Assembly (NCBI GenBank): GCA_035525055.1
Contig: DATLEZ010000040.1
Coordinates: 12,099-76,098 of the forward strand
Origin: Acidimicrobiia bacterium
GTDB lineage: Bacteria > Actinomycetota > Acidimicrobiia > Spongiisociales > ZC4RG35
Length of the DNA: 64,000 nt
Reading direction: 5' to 3'
The notes under the pieces are model-generated. The model was not told the origin of the DNA, searched no databases, and saw only the letters and a list, made by a program, of their open reading frames with translations. This document shows, piece by piece, positions 27,855 to 36,982 of the stretch (the first letter of the stretch is position 1; the number at the start of each line of letters is the position of its first letter). The translations under genes were made by a program, and so were the position numbers.

Positions 27855-29009
27855 ATGGGTCATTCACTTCTGCGTCAGCTGAGACTTCACCGAGCGATCC
27901 TTCTCTGGGGCTGTTGGCGGGTTGTCCTCGAGTTGGAGGTCCTCAAAGCAAGGGCCAGCGGCGAGATCGCCTTTCTCTTCGGGACCGAGGCAGATCCCAA
28001 CAAGCCGGTGGTCTACCTCGACACCATGAACCTGGTTCTCAATGCCGACGAGGATGTGTTCGGCCCCGGTGGGACACCTTCGGCCTGCCTAGCTCCCGGC
28101 TCACGCCCACGTATCGACTTCGACCAGAAGTCACAGAAGTTCGAATCCGGGTTCGAGATCATGATCGACTTCCCGGCCCTGCGACTGGAGACCGAGAAGG
28201 AGCAAGAGGGCGATCGGGAATCCGACACACCCGGCCCTCTCGCAATCCCGACCAAGGCCCAAATTCGAGGGCACTTCCCGGGCACACTCCGACCGGTGGA
28301 GTACGGGGTGGAGATGTTCGAAGGTGAGCTCATCATCGCGTTGCCACCTCAGGTCGAAGACAAGATCCGGATGTCCGAACTGCGGGTGGAATTTCTGATC
28401 CCACTCCGGTGGATCCGCTTCACTTCCCACAAGCAGCTGACCCTGCAGCCGGTGTTCCTCTCCGCTGCCGGGACCACCCCGCCAACGGGCGAGGACTTCT
28501 ACCCGGGGCTCGCCAACGCCAACGTCCTTTGGGGAAGATGCTGCGTCGAGTTCGTGACCCGATGCCCCATCTACGTCGACGAGCAGGATTGGCGGGTGGC
28601 GACGCAGAACGAGGCGATCGCCTTCAAGAACGGCACCGACGTCAGCGACGCCATCGAGGTCTTCGTCGTCGGGGAACTTGACCCGGTCGACATGTGGGGT
28701 GGAGGGGCCACTTGGGGCTCGGGCACCGCCACGGCCAAGGTGGTTTCGACGGACAATCAGCTACCACTGAACCAGACCCACATGGCTCACGAGCTGGGGC
28801 ACGTCCTCGGGCTGGGGCACCCCGGTGACTCCGGCGACGGGCTCACCGATGGTTGCATCGGTTCGCTGATGGAGCCGAGTGGGTTCTTCGCCGACAACCC
28901 GGCACTCCAGTGCGAAGGCAATTGCGACAACATCTCAAACCCGTTGCTCCGCTTCGCTCCATGGCAATTCTGCATCAGCCGGGATCGGCCCGACGACCAG
29001 CTCTTCTGA
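27855..29009 (+). CDS. Metzincin-like zinc metallopeptidase with a ~270-aa N-terminal region of unknown function; no signal peptide seen
   Basis: ATG at 27855 after GAGGGAA. Extended zinc motif HELGHVLGLGHP (HExxHxxGxxH) followed by SLMEP (Met-turn-like). The upstream part of track ORF 27417.. is antisense to the SARP gene. Confidence 0.65.
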   Translation: MGHSLLRQLRLHRAILLWGCWRVVLELEVLKARASGEIAFLFGTEADPNKPVVYLDTMNLVLNADEDVFGPGGTPSACLAPGSRPRIDFDQKSQKFESGFEIMIDFPALRLETEKEQEGDRESDTPGPLAIPTKAQIRGHFPGTLRPVEYGVEMFEGELIIALPPQVEDKIRMSELRVEFLIPLRWIRFTSHKQLTLQPVFLSAAGTTPPTGEDFYPGLANANVLWGRCCVEFVTRCPIYVDEQDWRVATQNEAIAFKNGTDVSDAIEVFVVGELDPVDMWGGGATWGSGTATAKVVSTDNQLPLNQTHMAHELGHVLGLGHPGDSGDGLTDGCIGSLMEPSGFFADNPALQCEGNCDNISNPLLRFAPWQFCISRDRPDDQLF

Positions 29010-29265
29010 CGCATCGACAGATCGCGTCTGCGATACGCCGCCTATAGCCTGCCGGGACCGATGGACACGTCTGATCCCGGACCGAGCTTCGACGAGCTGC
29101 GCGCGGCATGCACCCGATTCCTGGTCGGTCACGGTCGACCCACACCTCAGAAGCCGCTGGAGGAGATCTTTGGTCCTCGACGGTGCTTCCGGCGATAAGG
29201 CCGAATTCCTCCGGGATGGAGTCAATTATCACTAACGGGATCCAAAACGGCCACGTCGATACCTT

Positions 29266-30131
29266 ATGGTCGACGGAGAACGCGAGACCTGGGACCTCGA
29301 GTACTGCGTCAAGAAACGGTGGCCACATTCTCAGGACCCTGTCCGCAACAACGTCGAATTGACCATTCGGCTCCGCAATCGCATTGAGCATCGATACGAG
29401 GCCGGGCTGACGGTGGCTGCCACTGGGTTTACGCAAGCTCTTGTCATTAATTTTGAGGAAGAGCTCGTCAGCCACTTTGGTCCGACCTATTCGATTGCCG
29501 AGTACGTCCACATACCTGTTTCACTCAGCACGTTGTCGCGTGAGGGAGTAGCTCGGCTAGTCGCCGCCCAACAGCAACTCCCACAAAAGCTGAAGGACTT
29601 CTTCGTTGAGTATCGATCCGGCGTAACGCCGGAAGTTGCAGCTGACCGTCGATTCGAGTTCCGAGTCGAGATCGTTCAGAAACGGACTGCCAAGTCCGAC
29701 GCGGAATCTTGCGGTCTGTCAGCTTCGTAAACGAGGGCGACCTTACAGATGATGAACTGGCTGCCTATCAGGCTCTAGCCAAGACAGGCCGGGTCATACT
29801 TCGGGAAAAGTCGCGACCCGTCTCGAACCTCGGCCGGCTCAGGCCAAAAGCGGCTTGCCTGCAGGTAGAACAACAGATCCCGTTCAGGTTCAGACCTTCA
29901 GCCGAGTTTCCGCAAGCATGGAAACATTTCCGTGTTCGTCCACCGACTACCACCAAGGGGCAAGCACGGCAGAAGACCGATGAGCGATACTGCTATTACG
30001 AAGCCTGGAACGACTACGTCTACACCCCGAAGTGCGTAGAGCTCCTAGTGCGAGAGTGCGGGACCGCAAAAGGCTTCCGCAAAGTAATAGGTCGCAGTCC
30101 GACTGTTAAGCAAACCACACCGTCTAAGTAG
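29266..30131 (+). pseudogene. DUF3644-like gene, N-terminally truncated and split by a frameshift near 29700
   Basis: WDLEYCVKK...DPVRNNVELTIRLRNRIEHR matches my recollection of DUF3644. Two overlapping ORFs (29266..29730 and 29709..30131) continue one another in different frames. Confidence 0.4.
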
Positions 30132-30322
30132 GTAGGCAGCCCTTCACTCGAACGTCTGTTCATCGTATTTTATCAACATACCACTGCCAAGGCAGACCGG
30201 TCAGGTCAGCGGCACTATCTAGAGTTAGCACCAGAAGCAACCTTGGGAGTTGCGAGGGCGCGCGCAGAGGATCGAACTACCGATCTACCCCTTAGGCCCA
30301 TCCCGTTGCGGGTTCGCGCTTA

Positions 30323-30370
30323 GTCTCAATAGGGCCACGTCTCAATAGGGCCACGTCTCAATAGGGCCAC
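30323..30370. repeat. Three perfect head-to-tail copies of the 16-mer GTCTCAATAGGGCCAC
   Basis: Read directly at 30323-30338, 30339-30354 and 30355-30370. No spacers. Confidence 0.95.
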
Positions 30371-30381
30371 AAGACAGCTAG

Positions 30382-30552
30382 CAGGCGAACCACCGCAGAT
30401 GGCCAGACTTCGATGACAAGGCCGCAGGCGAGCTGATGTTCAAAACTCTGCGAGGTGGGCCGGTCCGGCCGAACAGCTTCCGGCGCCGAGTCTGCGCCCT
30501 GGGGGCCAAGGGTCGCGAGGTCAACGCAAACAACGTGAGGTTGCAGGTCTGA
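30382..30552 (+). pseudogene. Tyrosine-integrase-like fragment (about 56 codons)
   Basis: Translation ...GELMFKTLRGGPVRPNSFRRRVCALGAKG... resembles the lvFpt-rGgplr-snfrrrvw segment preceding the HxLRH box of phage integrases. No catalytic residues present. Confidence 0.35.
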
Positions 30553-30558
30553 TGAGGA

Positions 30559-30993
30559 TCAGCCGAGGGTCACGCGAGGGTTCGACCCGGCTGGGACCTC
30601 AGTGAAGTCCGGGAGAGTCTTCAACACCTCCTCCGCTCCTGCCGGGGCATACACCGCAAGGATCACCATCGGCTCGTAACTGGTGTTCAGTGTCGAGTGG
30701 AACACCCCCTTCGGGATCCAAACGGCGTCGCCTGGCACGACGGGCTTCGGTTCACTGTCGTCGATCGTCTGATCTCCTCTCCCAGAAAGGATGTAGAGGA
30801 TCTCGTCCGACTCGGGATGGTTGTGCCGATCATGTCCCTTGCCTGGAAGGAGGACGACATGCATCAGGCTGCAGTCACCGCCTTCCGTGTTGTCGGTTGC
30901 AATGAGTGGCTTGATGATTCCCCAATCGAAGGTCCAGGTCGGGATCACAAACGGATCTACGAACTTGGCGGGCATGGTCCTCTCCCCTCTCAT
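30559..30993 (-). CDS. Cupin-domain protein
   Basis: GKGHDRHNHPESDEILYILSG ... PGDAVWIPKGVFHS are the two cupin motifs. Confidence 0.8.
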   Translation of the reverse strand: MRGERTMPAKFVDPFVIPTWTFDWGIIKPLIATDNTEGGDCSLMHVVLLPGKGHDRHNHPESDEILYILSGRGDQTIDDSEPKPVVPGDAVWIPKGVFHSTLNTSYEPMVILAVYAPAGAEEVLKTLPDFTEVPAGSNPRVTLG

Positions 30994-31815
30994 CTAAACC
31001 GTCATGGACTTGAAGCGACGCATGTTCTCGGTCATGGCCCTCTCGGTGGGCAGGCGCTCCATGGATGAGGCACCGAAGAACCCGACGATGCCCTCGGTGC
31101 GGTCCAGCACATATTGGGCATCCTCCGGCTCGGCGAGAGGGCCCCCGTGACAGAGCACAGTGATTTCGGGGTTCAATCTGACTGCCGCGTCACGCATGGC
31201 CTGGATCTCGACTACACATTCGTCGAGGGTCTTGGCAGTCTGCGCACCGATAGTCCCTTTGGTGGTGAGCCCCATGTGAGGGACCAGCACGTCTGCACCA
31301 GCCTCGGTCATCGAGACCGCGTCGTCCGGGTCGAAGACATAAGGTGCCGTAACCAGCCCAAGGCGAGCGGCCTCTCTGATCATGTCGACCTCAAGCCCGT
31401 AACCCATACCGGTCTCCTCTAGATTCGTCCGGAAGGTGCCGTCGATGAGACCCACGGTTGGGAAGTTCTGCACCCCGGCGAATCCTGCGTCCATGACCTG
31501 GCGCAGGAAGTGAGGCATGAGGCGAAAGGGGTCGGTCCCGCACACTCCCGCAAGGACCGGGGTGTCACGGACTATCGGGAGCACCTCATTTCCCATCTCC
31601 ATGACAATCGCATTGGCGTCGCCGTAGGGGAGCAGGCCAGCCAGTGATCCCCGTCCGGCCATTCGATACCGACCCGAGTTGTAGATAATGATCAGGTCGG
31701 CGCCACCGGCCTCGGCGCACTTCGCCGAGAGGCCGGTGCCAGCCCCCGCCCCGATGATCGGATCGCCCCGCGCGAGAGTCGCCAGGAGCCTGGCCCGGGC
31801 ATCATCACCGGTCAT
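30994..31815 (-). CDS. Phosphoenolpyruvate-hydrolase-like TIM-barrel protein (PF09370-type; equivalent to the Tm-1 C-terminal half)
   Basis: [49 protein letters not shown]...[13 protein letters not shown]. Confidence 0.8.
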   Translation of the reverse strand: MTGDDARARLLATLARGDPIIGAGAGTGLSAKCAEAGGADLIIIYNSGRYRMAGRGSLAGLLPYGDANAIVMEMGNEVLPIVRDTPVLAGVCGTDPFRLMPHFLRQVMDAGFAGVQNFPTVGLIDGTFRTNLEETGMGYGLEVDMIREAARLGLVTAPYVFDPDDAVSMTEAGADVLVPHMGLTTKGTIGAQTAKTLDECVVEIQAMRDAAVRLNPEITVLCHGGPLAEPEDAQYVLDRTEGIVGFFGASSMERLPTERAMTENMRRFKSMTV

Positions 31816-33068
31816 CGCACCCCTTTCATATAGGCATCCAGCTTCTCCGCCATCGCTGTGGCGAACGCCGGATTATTGATGTCGCAGTCCATCTCGATCA
31901 GCTCGACCGAGCTGGACAGGTTCTCTCGGATCGCCCCGAACAGCGCGGCGTCGGCGTCCGGATCGTAAAAAGGCTGGCCCTCGACGGCGATCATTGACAC
32001 GCCCCGAAGCGGGATGAAAAGGGCCGTTGGCCCACTGGCACCCGACAGCTTCTCAGCGATCTGTCGCCCCAGCTCTGCGGCTTCCTCTGGGGTGGTTCGC
32101 ATGAGAGTCACCGCTGGGTTGTGCTGGTACATCGTCCGACCCTCGAACTTCTCGGGCACGGTGTCAGGGGCACCGAAGTTGACCATGTCGAGAGCCCCCA
32201 GCGAGACCACTTGGGGAGTGCCGACCCGCGCCGCCGCCCCGAGCCGATCAGGACCGGCAGTGAGCACGCCGCCCACCAACTCGTCACAGAGTTCGGTAGT
32301 CGTGAGGTCGAGTATCCCATCGAAGAGTCCTGCGTCGATCAGATTCTCCATTGCCTTACCGCCGGTGCCGGTGCAATGAAAGACCAGGACCTCGTAGCCG
32401 CGGCTCTCCAGGTTGGCTCGGGCTTGGGACACGGCGGGCGTCGTGACACCGAACATCGTGGCCGCCACCAGCGGGCGTGGGTCGTGGAGCTCGACCGGCG
32501 CCTTCTTGACCATCCCGGCGATGGCCGCAGCAGCGTTCGCCAGAATCCGGGCGGAGATCGAGTTCACCCCAGCGATGTCGGTCACCGACGCCATCATCGT
32601 GATGTCGGTGGCTCCCACGTAGCGGGATGTGTCCCCCGAGGCCATGGTGGAAAGCACCATTTTGGGGACTCCAACGGGCAATTGCTGCATTGCAGAAGTC
32701 GCAATGGCAGTTCCCCCCGAGCCACCTGCAGCCAGGACTCCATCGAAGCGACCTTCCTCGTATAGCCGCCCAACCATTGCGGCAGCCGCTTGGGTCATGG
32801 CGGCGACGGCCTGGCCCCGGTCGCCGGCAGCAGCGAGAGCGTCCGCGTCAGCGCCGATGGCCGCCGCCACCTGGTGCCGGGTGATGTCGGGAGTGATTCC
32901 GGAAGGCTCATTGACGCCGACATCTACGACCAGCACCTGCACATCATCGCCCAGGAGGCGATCTCGCAGATACGAATACTCCAAGCCCTTGGTGTCGAGA
33001 GTGCCCATCAGGAGGATGGTTGGCAAGTCGGACACGGGCTCTCCTTTCGTGTGTTCTGACCCAACCAC
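31812..33068 (-). CDS. UPF0261 / Tm-1-like ATP-binding domain protein, copy 1
   Basis: [21 protein letters not shown]... N-terminus and family-length 418 aa. 4-nt overlap with the downstream TIM-barrel gene. Confidence 0.85.
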   Translation of the reverse strand: MVGSEHTKGEPVSDLPTILLMGTLDTKGLEYSYLRDRLLGDDVQVLVVDVGVNEPSGITPDITRHQVAAAIGADADALAAAGDRGQAVAAMTQAAAAMVGRLYEEGRFDGVLAAGGSGGTAIATSAMQQLPVGVPKMVLSTMASGDTSRYVGATDITMMASVTDIAGVNSISARILANAAAAIAGMVKKAPVELHDPRPLVAATMFGVTTPAVSQARANLESRGYEVLVFHCTGTGGKAMENLIDAGLFDGILDLTTTELCDELVGGVLTAGPDRLGAAARVGTPQVVSLGALDMVNFGAPDTVPEKFEGRTMYQHNPAVTLMRTTPEEAAELGRQIAEKLSGASGPTALFIPLRGVSMIAVEGQPFYDPDADAALFGAIRENLSSSVELIEMDCDINNPAFATAMAEKLDAYMKGVR

Positions 33069-33101
33069 GCCGGCCGTCGGCGAGGGTTAGGGTGACGGGA
33101 T

Positions 33102-33890
33102 GTGCGATACCCCGGTCGTCGAGGGATGATCGACAGGTTCGGGCTCGACGGTCGGACCGCCGTGGTCACAGGGGCCAGCCGGGGGCTTGGTCGGGCGATG
33201 GCCGAGGCGCTGGCCAAAGCGGGGGCAAAGGTTGTTCTGGTAGGCCGTGACCGGGACGAGCTCGGCCGGGTCGCGGCGGAGCTCGCCGACCAATCCTGCG
33301 ATGTCGTCGTAAGGGAGCTCGATCTCTCCCGGGTCGATGACATCGAATCGTGGGTGGAGGGCGTCTGGTCTGAGTTAATGCCCATCGAGATCGTGCTCCA
33401 CTCAGCCGGCCACCAGCGCCGGGCGCCGGCGATCGAAGTTGACCCGAAGGATTGGGAGAAGATCCTGACAGTGAATCTCACTGCTCCCTTCTTCCTGTCA
33501 CGGGCGTTCGGAAGACGGCAGATCGAGGCTGGATTGGGTGGGTCCCACATCTTCATCGGGTCTCTGACGACCCTCAGAGGGATCGCCAACACTGCGCCTT
33601 ATGCGGCGTCGAAAGCAGGTCTGGCGGGTGTGGTCCGGACGCTGGCGGTTGAGTGGGCGAGCTCCGGGATTCGGGTCAATGCCATCGCCCCGGGGTATTT
33701 TCGGACCGCTCTGACGGAAGGGCTTTTCCAGAATCCCGAGCTGAGCGCATGGGTCCATTCGCGGATCCCGATGGGCCGGTTGGGTGTTCCCGATGATCTC
33801 GGAGGTGCCGCGGTTTTCCTGGCCTCCGAGGCCTCCTCCTACATGACCGGGGCCGTCCTGGGTGTCGATGGTGGTTGGCTGGCCGGCTGA
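33102..33890 (+). CDS. SDR-family oxidoreductase
   Basis: TGASRGLG cofactor motif and YAASKAG catalytic motif. The start may be the ATG at 33126. Confidence 0.9.
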   Translation: MRYPGRRGMIDRFGLDGRTAVVTGASRGLGRAMAEALAKAGAKVVLVGRDRDELGRVAAELADQSCDVVVRELDLSRVDDIESWVEGVWSELMPIEIVLHSAGHQRRAPAIEVDPKDWEKILTVNLTAPFFLSRAFGRRQIEAGLGGSHIFIGSLTTLRGIANTAPYAASKAGLAGVVRTLAVEWASSGIRVNAIAPGYFRTALTEGLFQNPELSAWVHSRIPMGRLGVPDDLGGAAVFLASEASSYMTGAVLGVDGGWLAG

Positions 33891-33934
33891 GGAGTCGGCA
33901 GTGCGGGACGGTGACGTGGCCGGCTGTCCTTCAC

Positions 33935-35386
33935 TCATGCCGGCGGTCCAAAGCCCAGCTTCCCGGGGTTGAGGATCCCATCCGGGTCGATCGCATTCTT
34001 GATCGCCTGGACGTAAGGCCATGCCTCGCCGTATTGCTCGCGCATGAACCGACCCAATTTGACTCCTACCCCGTGATGCTCGTTGATCACGCCCCCGTGT
34101 GCCAACGAGGTGCGAACCGCCGAGTCCCACAGTCGATCGTGGAGCTCGAGTGCCTCCATCGGGTCAGGGGGAGGCTCGTAGACATAAAACCGGTCATAGA
34201 CCATCACTCCCCAAGGGAACCAATGGGAGAAATGGGCGGTGTATTTGGCGCCGTACTCAGCAAAACCCTCCTCGATATTCTTCCGCTTGGCCCGGTAGAG
34301 ATCGGGCATGTTATTGAACGAGCAGACCGTGTCCGTGGTTCCGAAGATGATGGGAGGAGTCGGGGCATTCCCCATCGCATAAGGCTCATACTTGCCTTGC
34401 CACCAGGTCATGGCTCCCTCCGGACCGATGAACGAACCGCCCACCTCGGTGCAGATCGCTGTGATTGCCTCAGCTTCGAGGTCAACGAGACGCTGGTCAC
34501 CGTCACACACCACCACCAGCAGGGCGCCGGTGAGCTCTAGTCCCAGGATGCTGTTGAGCTTGTCACGATCGGCCTCGTCGTACAGACGCATGACAGCCGG
34601 GCGCCAACGCCGGGTCATGATCCGTCGCCCGGCTTCGAGACCGTCAAAGACTGTTGCGAACTCGTAGGTGAGGAACGCCTGCGCCGCCGGTATGGGGTCG
34701 ACTCGCAGGGTGGCGGAGGTGAGGACGCCCATCGTGCCCTCCGAGCCGATCAGAAGCTGGAGAAGGCCGGGGCCAGCAGCGTGGCTTGGGACCGGGAGGG
34801 TGGACACGAGCCTGCCTGGCGGGAGGGCAACCTCGACCTGAAGCACGAGGTCTTCCGCCTTGCCGTACTTGGTCGACCTGACCCCGGACCCTCGGGCTGC
34901 CAGCCACCCGCCGACGGTGGCACCGAAATGGTACGAACCGGGCTCGTGGGCAACAGCCAGTCCGAGAGGTTGGAGGGCCTGCTCTAGCTTAGGCCCGGTC
35001 ACCCCCGCCTCGGCGGTCACCACCAGGCTGGCTTCGTCGATCTCGACGATCCTGTCCATTCGGGTGAGGTCCAAGGCAACTCCGCCATAGAGGGCAAAGG
35101 TCCCACCCTGGGTGCCCGATCCCCCTCCCCTGGGCACCACCGGAACTCGATGGTCGGTAGCAATGCGAATTATCGCTGCGACTTGCTCTGCGGTCCCAGG
35201 CCGGACAGTCACGTCGGCGGTCGGGAGATCGATGTCGTGGAGCTGGTACAGCTGGGACATCCAGGACCAGTCAGCCGCCTGCCGGGTCAGTTCGCTCGGG
35301 TCGATAGAAGTGTGCTCGGCTCCGACCACGTCAGTGAGCTCATGCTGGAGCATCCTCAGCCGGAAGTGGGCCCTGGGGTCAGACAT
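33935..35386 (-). CDS. FAD-linked oxidase (GlcD / FAD_binding_4 type)
   Basis: VVPRGGGSGTQGG FAD-binding segment. 483 aa with a C-terminal FAD-oxidase_C-like region. Confidence 0.85.
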   Translation of the reverse strand: MSDPRAHFRLRMLQHELTDVVGAEHTSIDPSELTRQAADWSWMSQLYQLHDIDLPTADVTVRPGTAEQVAAIIRIATDHRVPVVPRGGGSGTQGGTFALYGGVALDLTRMDRIVEIDEASLVVTAEAGVTGPKLEQALQPLGLAVAHEPGSYHFGATVGGWLAARGSGVRSTKYGKAEDLVLQVEVALPPGRLVSTLPVPSHAAGPGLLQLLIGSEGTMGVLTSATLRVDPIPAAQAFLTYEFATVFDGLEAGRRIMTRRWRPAVMRLYDEADRDKLNSILGLELTGALLVVVCDGDQRLVDLEAEAITAICTEVGGSFIGPEGAMTWWQGKYEPYAMGNAPTPPIIFGTTDTVCSFNNMPDLYRAKRKNIEEGFAEYGAKYTAHFSHWFPWGVMVYDRFYVYEPPPDPMEALELHDRLWDSAVRTSLAHGGVINEHHGVGVKLGRFMREQYGEAWPYVQAIKNAIDPDGILNPGKLGFGPPA

Positions 35387-36074
35387 GGTCGAGAGCGGAT
35401 CCGTTCGTCGAGATAAACGGACGCGCGACCTCGAGCTGGCGGGTGAGGCTGGCCTGCATGTGATCTATGTGCTCATTGACCAGCCGTCTTATCCCTTTGT
35501 GGTCCGAGTCGGCCACCGATCTGGCGATCAGAGCGTGCTCTTCGGCACACAGGGCCAGCCGTTCGAGGCGACCGGGCTGCGAGGTCCAGAACCAGTGGAG
35601 GCGGCGTCGTTGTTTGGCAGCGATGTCTGAGAAAAGGGCGTGGTCTGAGGCCTTCTGCAAGAGCTCATGGAAGGCCTGGTCACCCTCGGACCACCGGTCC
35701 AGATCTTTCCTCGCTGCGGCGGCGGCCATGGTGTCGACACAGTCGCGCAGGGCGATGCCTTGTTCCTCAGTCAGGTTCTCCGAAGCGCGGCTGAACATCG
35801 CGGTGTCCACAAGTCGAAGGACATCGCATATCTCGCTGACCTCAGCCGTGGTCAGTCCAGCCACCGAGTAACCACTGTTGTAGCTTCGACGTACCAGCTG
35901 GTCGAGCTCGAGACGCTGGAGCGCCGCCCGCACCGGAGTCCGGCTGATACCCAGCCATCGAGCCAGAGCCACTTCTCTCAGGTGGTCCCCAGGACTGACG
36001 TTGTCGCTGGTAAGCAGCTCGCGTAGCTGCATGTAGGCCCGGTCGGTGACGGTGAAGTGATCGGGTTCTGCCAT
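35379..36074 (-). CDS. GntR-family regulator (FadR/FCD subfamily)
   Basis: N-terminal wHTH (LREVALARWLGISRTPVRAAL) and an all-helical C-terminal FCD-like domain. Confidence 0.9.
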   Translation of the reverse strand: MAEPDHFTVTDRAYMQLRELLTSDNVSPGDHLREVALARWLGISRTPVRAALQRLELDQLVRRSYNSGYSVAGLTTAEVSEICDVLRLVDTAMFSRASENLTEEQGIALRDCVDTMAAAAARKDLDRWSEGDQAFHELLQKASDHALFSDIAAKQRRRLHWFWTSQPGRLERLALCAEEHALIARSVADSDHKGIRRLVNEHIDHMQASLTRQLEVARPFISTNGSALDHV

Positions 36075-36982
36075 CAGAGCACCCGGTTGACGAATTCTCG
36101 GTTTTCGACCTTCACCGGGACCTGCATCAGTTCCAGCACCCCACGAGCCACATGCTCGGAGTATCTCCGGAACGACTCCTCGCCCTTCTCCTTGGTTGCC
36201 CGCATCGGATTGCCGATAACGCCGGTCTCGGTGAACTCGTGGTGATCCATCGGGAAAGTGAAGTAGGTATAGCCCTCGAACTCCACATCGGGAGCGCCGT
36301 CGAACTTCCTGAACGAGTCGGGGAGGAAATCAGGGATCGAGGTAGGGGTGTGCTCAGCTCTGTCCATACGAACCAGATCCTCGTTCCATGCGAGACATTG
36401 TGATGTCTCCCACTCACTCGAATGCCAGCCGGGCGTCTCCTCGGGAGGATTCTCGAACACCCCCTCCACCACCCCCACGTAGCGCTCCATATAGGGCTTC
36501 ACAAGGCCGATAAGGGCGCCGGTCTCATAGCGAAGCTTGCGCAGCACCGGGTCGACCACCTTGATATTGGACCCGTGCCCGTTCACGAACACGATTCGGT
36601 TGAAGCCGTGGTGGATCAGACTTCTCGCCACGTCTTCCATCAGGGCGAGAAGGGTCGACGAGCGGACAGTGATCGTGCCGCGTCCCTCACCGGGACGGTG
36701 CATGTGCTGCGGTGAGTAGCCAGTCCAGATTGGTGGAGTGTGCAGAACGCCGATAAGCCGTGAGACCCGGCCCGAGATCTCGATGGCGGTGATGGTGTCG
36801 CAGTAGAGAGGCAGGTGTGGCCCGTGCTGCTCAGTGCTGGCCATGGGCACCAGCACCAAGTCCTTCTCCTCGAGATAGGCCCGTATATCCACGTAGGAAA
36901 GCTCCGCCAGGTTCCAGGAGACGAACTGCTCGCGGAACGCCCGCTCGGCCTCCGTGATCTCTGTCAGTTTGTCTGTGGTCAT
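36074..36982 (-). CDS. Creatininase-family amidohydrolase
   Basis: VPMASTEQHGPHLPLYCD and FVNGHGSN motifs. Confidence 0.85.
   Translation of the reverse strand: MTTDKLTEITEAERAFREQFVSWNLAELSYVDIRAYLEEKDLVLVPMASTEQHGPHLPLYCDTITAIEISGRVSRLIGVLHTPPIWTGYSPQHMHRPGEGRGTITVRSSTLLALMEDVARSLIHHGFNRIVFVNGHGSNIKVVDPVLRKLRYETGALIGLVKPYMERYVGVVEGVFENPPEETPGWHSSEWETSQCLAWNEDLVRMDRAEHTPTSIPDFLPDSFRKFDGAPDVEFEGYTYFTFPMDHHEFTETGVIGNPMRATKEKGEESFRRYSEHVARGVLELMQVPVKVENREFVNRVL

Larger units (their letters stand above)
25562..30552. mobile_element. Degraded integrated-element module next to tRNA-Ile
   Basis: Contains a truncated large serine recombinase, a DUF1883 fragment, a frameshifted DUF3644-like gene and a tyrosine-integrase-like fragment. 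Visibly more A/T-rich patches, for example 30131-30240. Confidence 0.55.

Noticed and set aside
30250-30300. tRNA gene on the minus strand
   Set aside because: Only a T-loop-like GTTCGATCC plus a GC-rich 3' strand is present. The T stem does not pair, the span is too short (about 60 nt) and no cloverleaf can be drawn. At most it is an att-type scrap.
30323-30370. CRISPR array
   Set aside because: The three 16-mers are contiguous, with no spacers, and no cas genes are present. No other candidate array was seen in the window.
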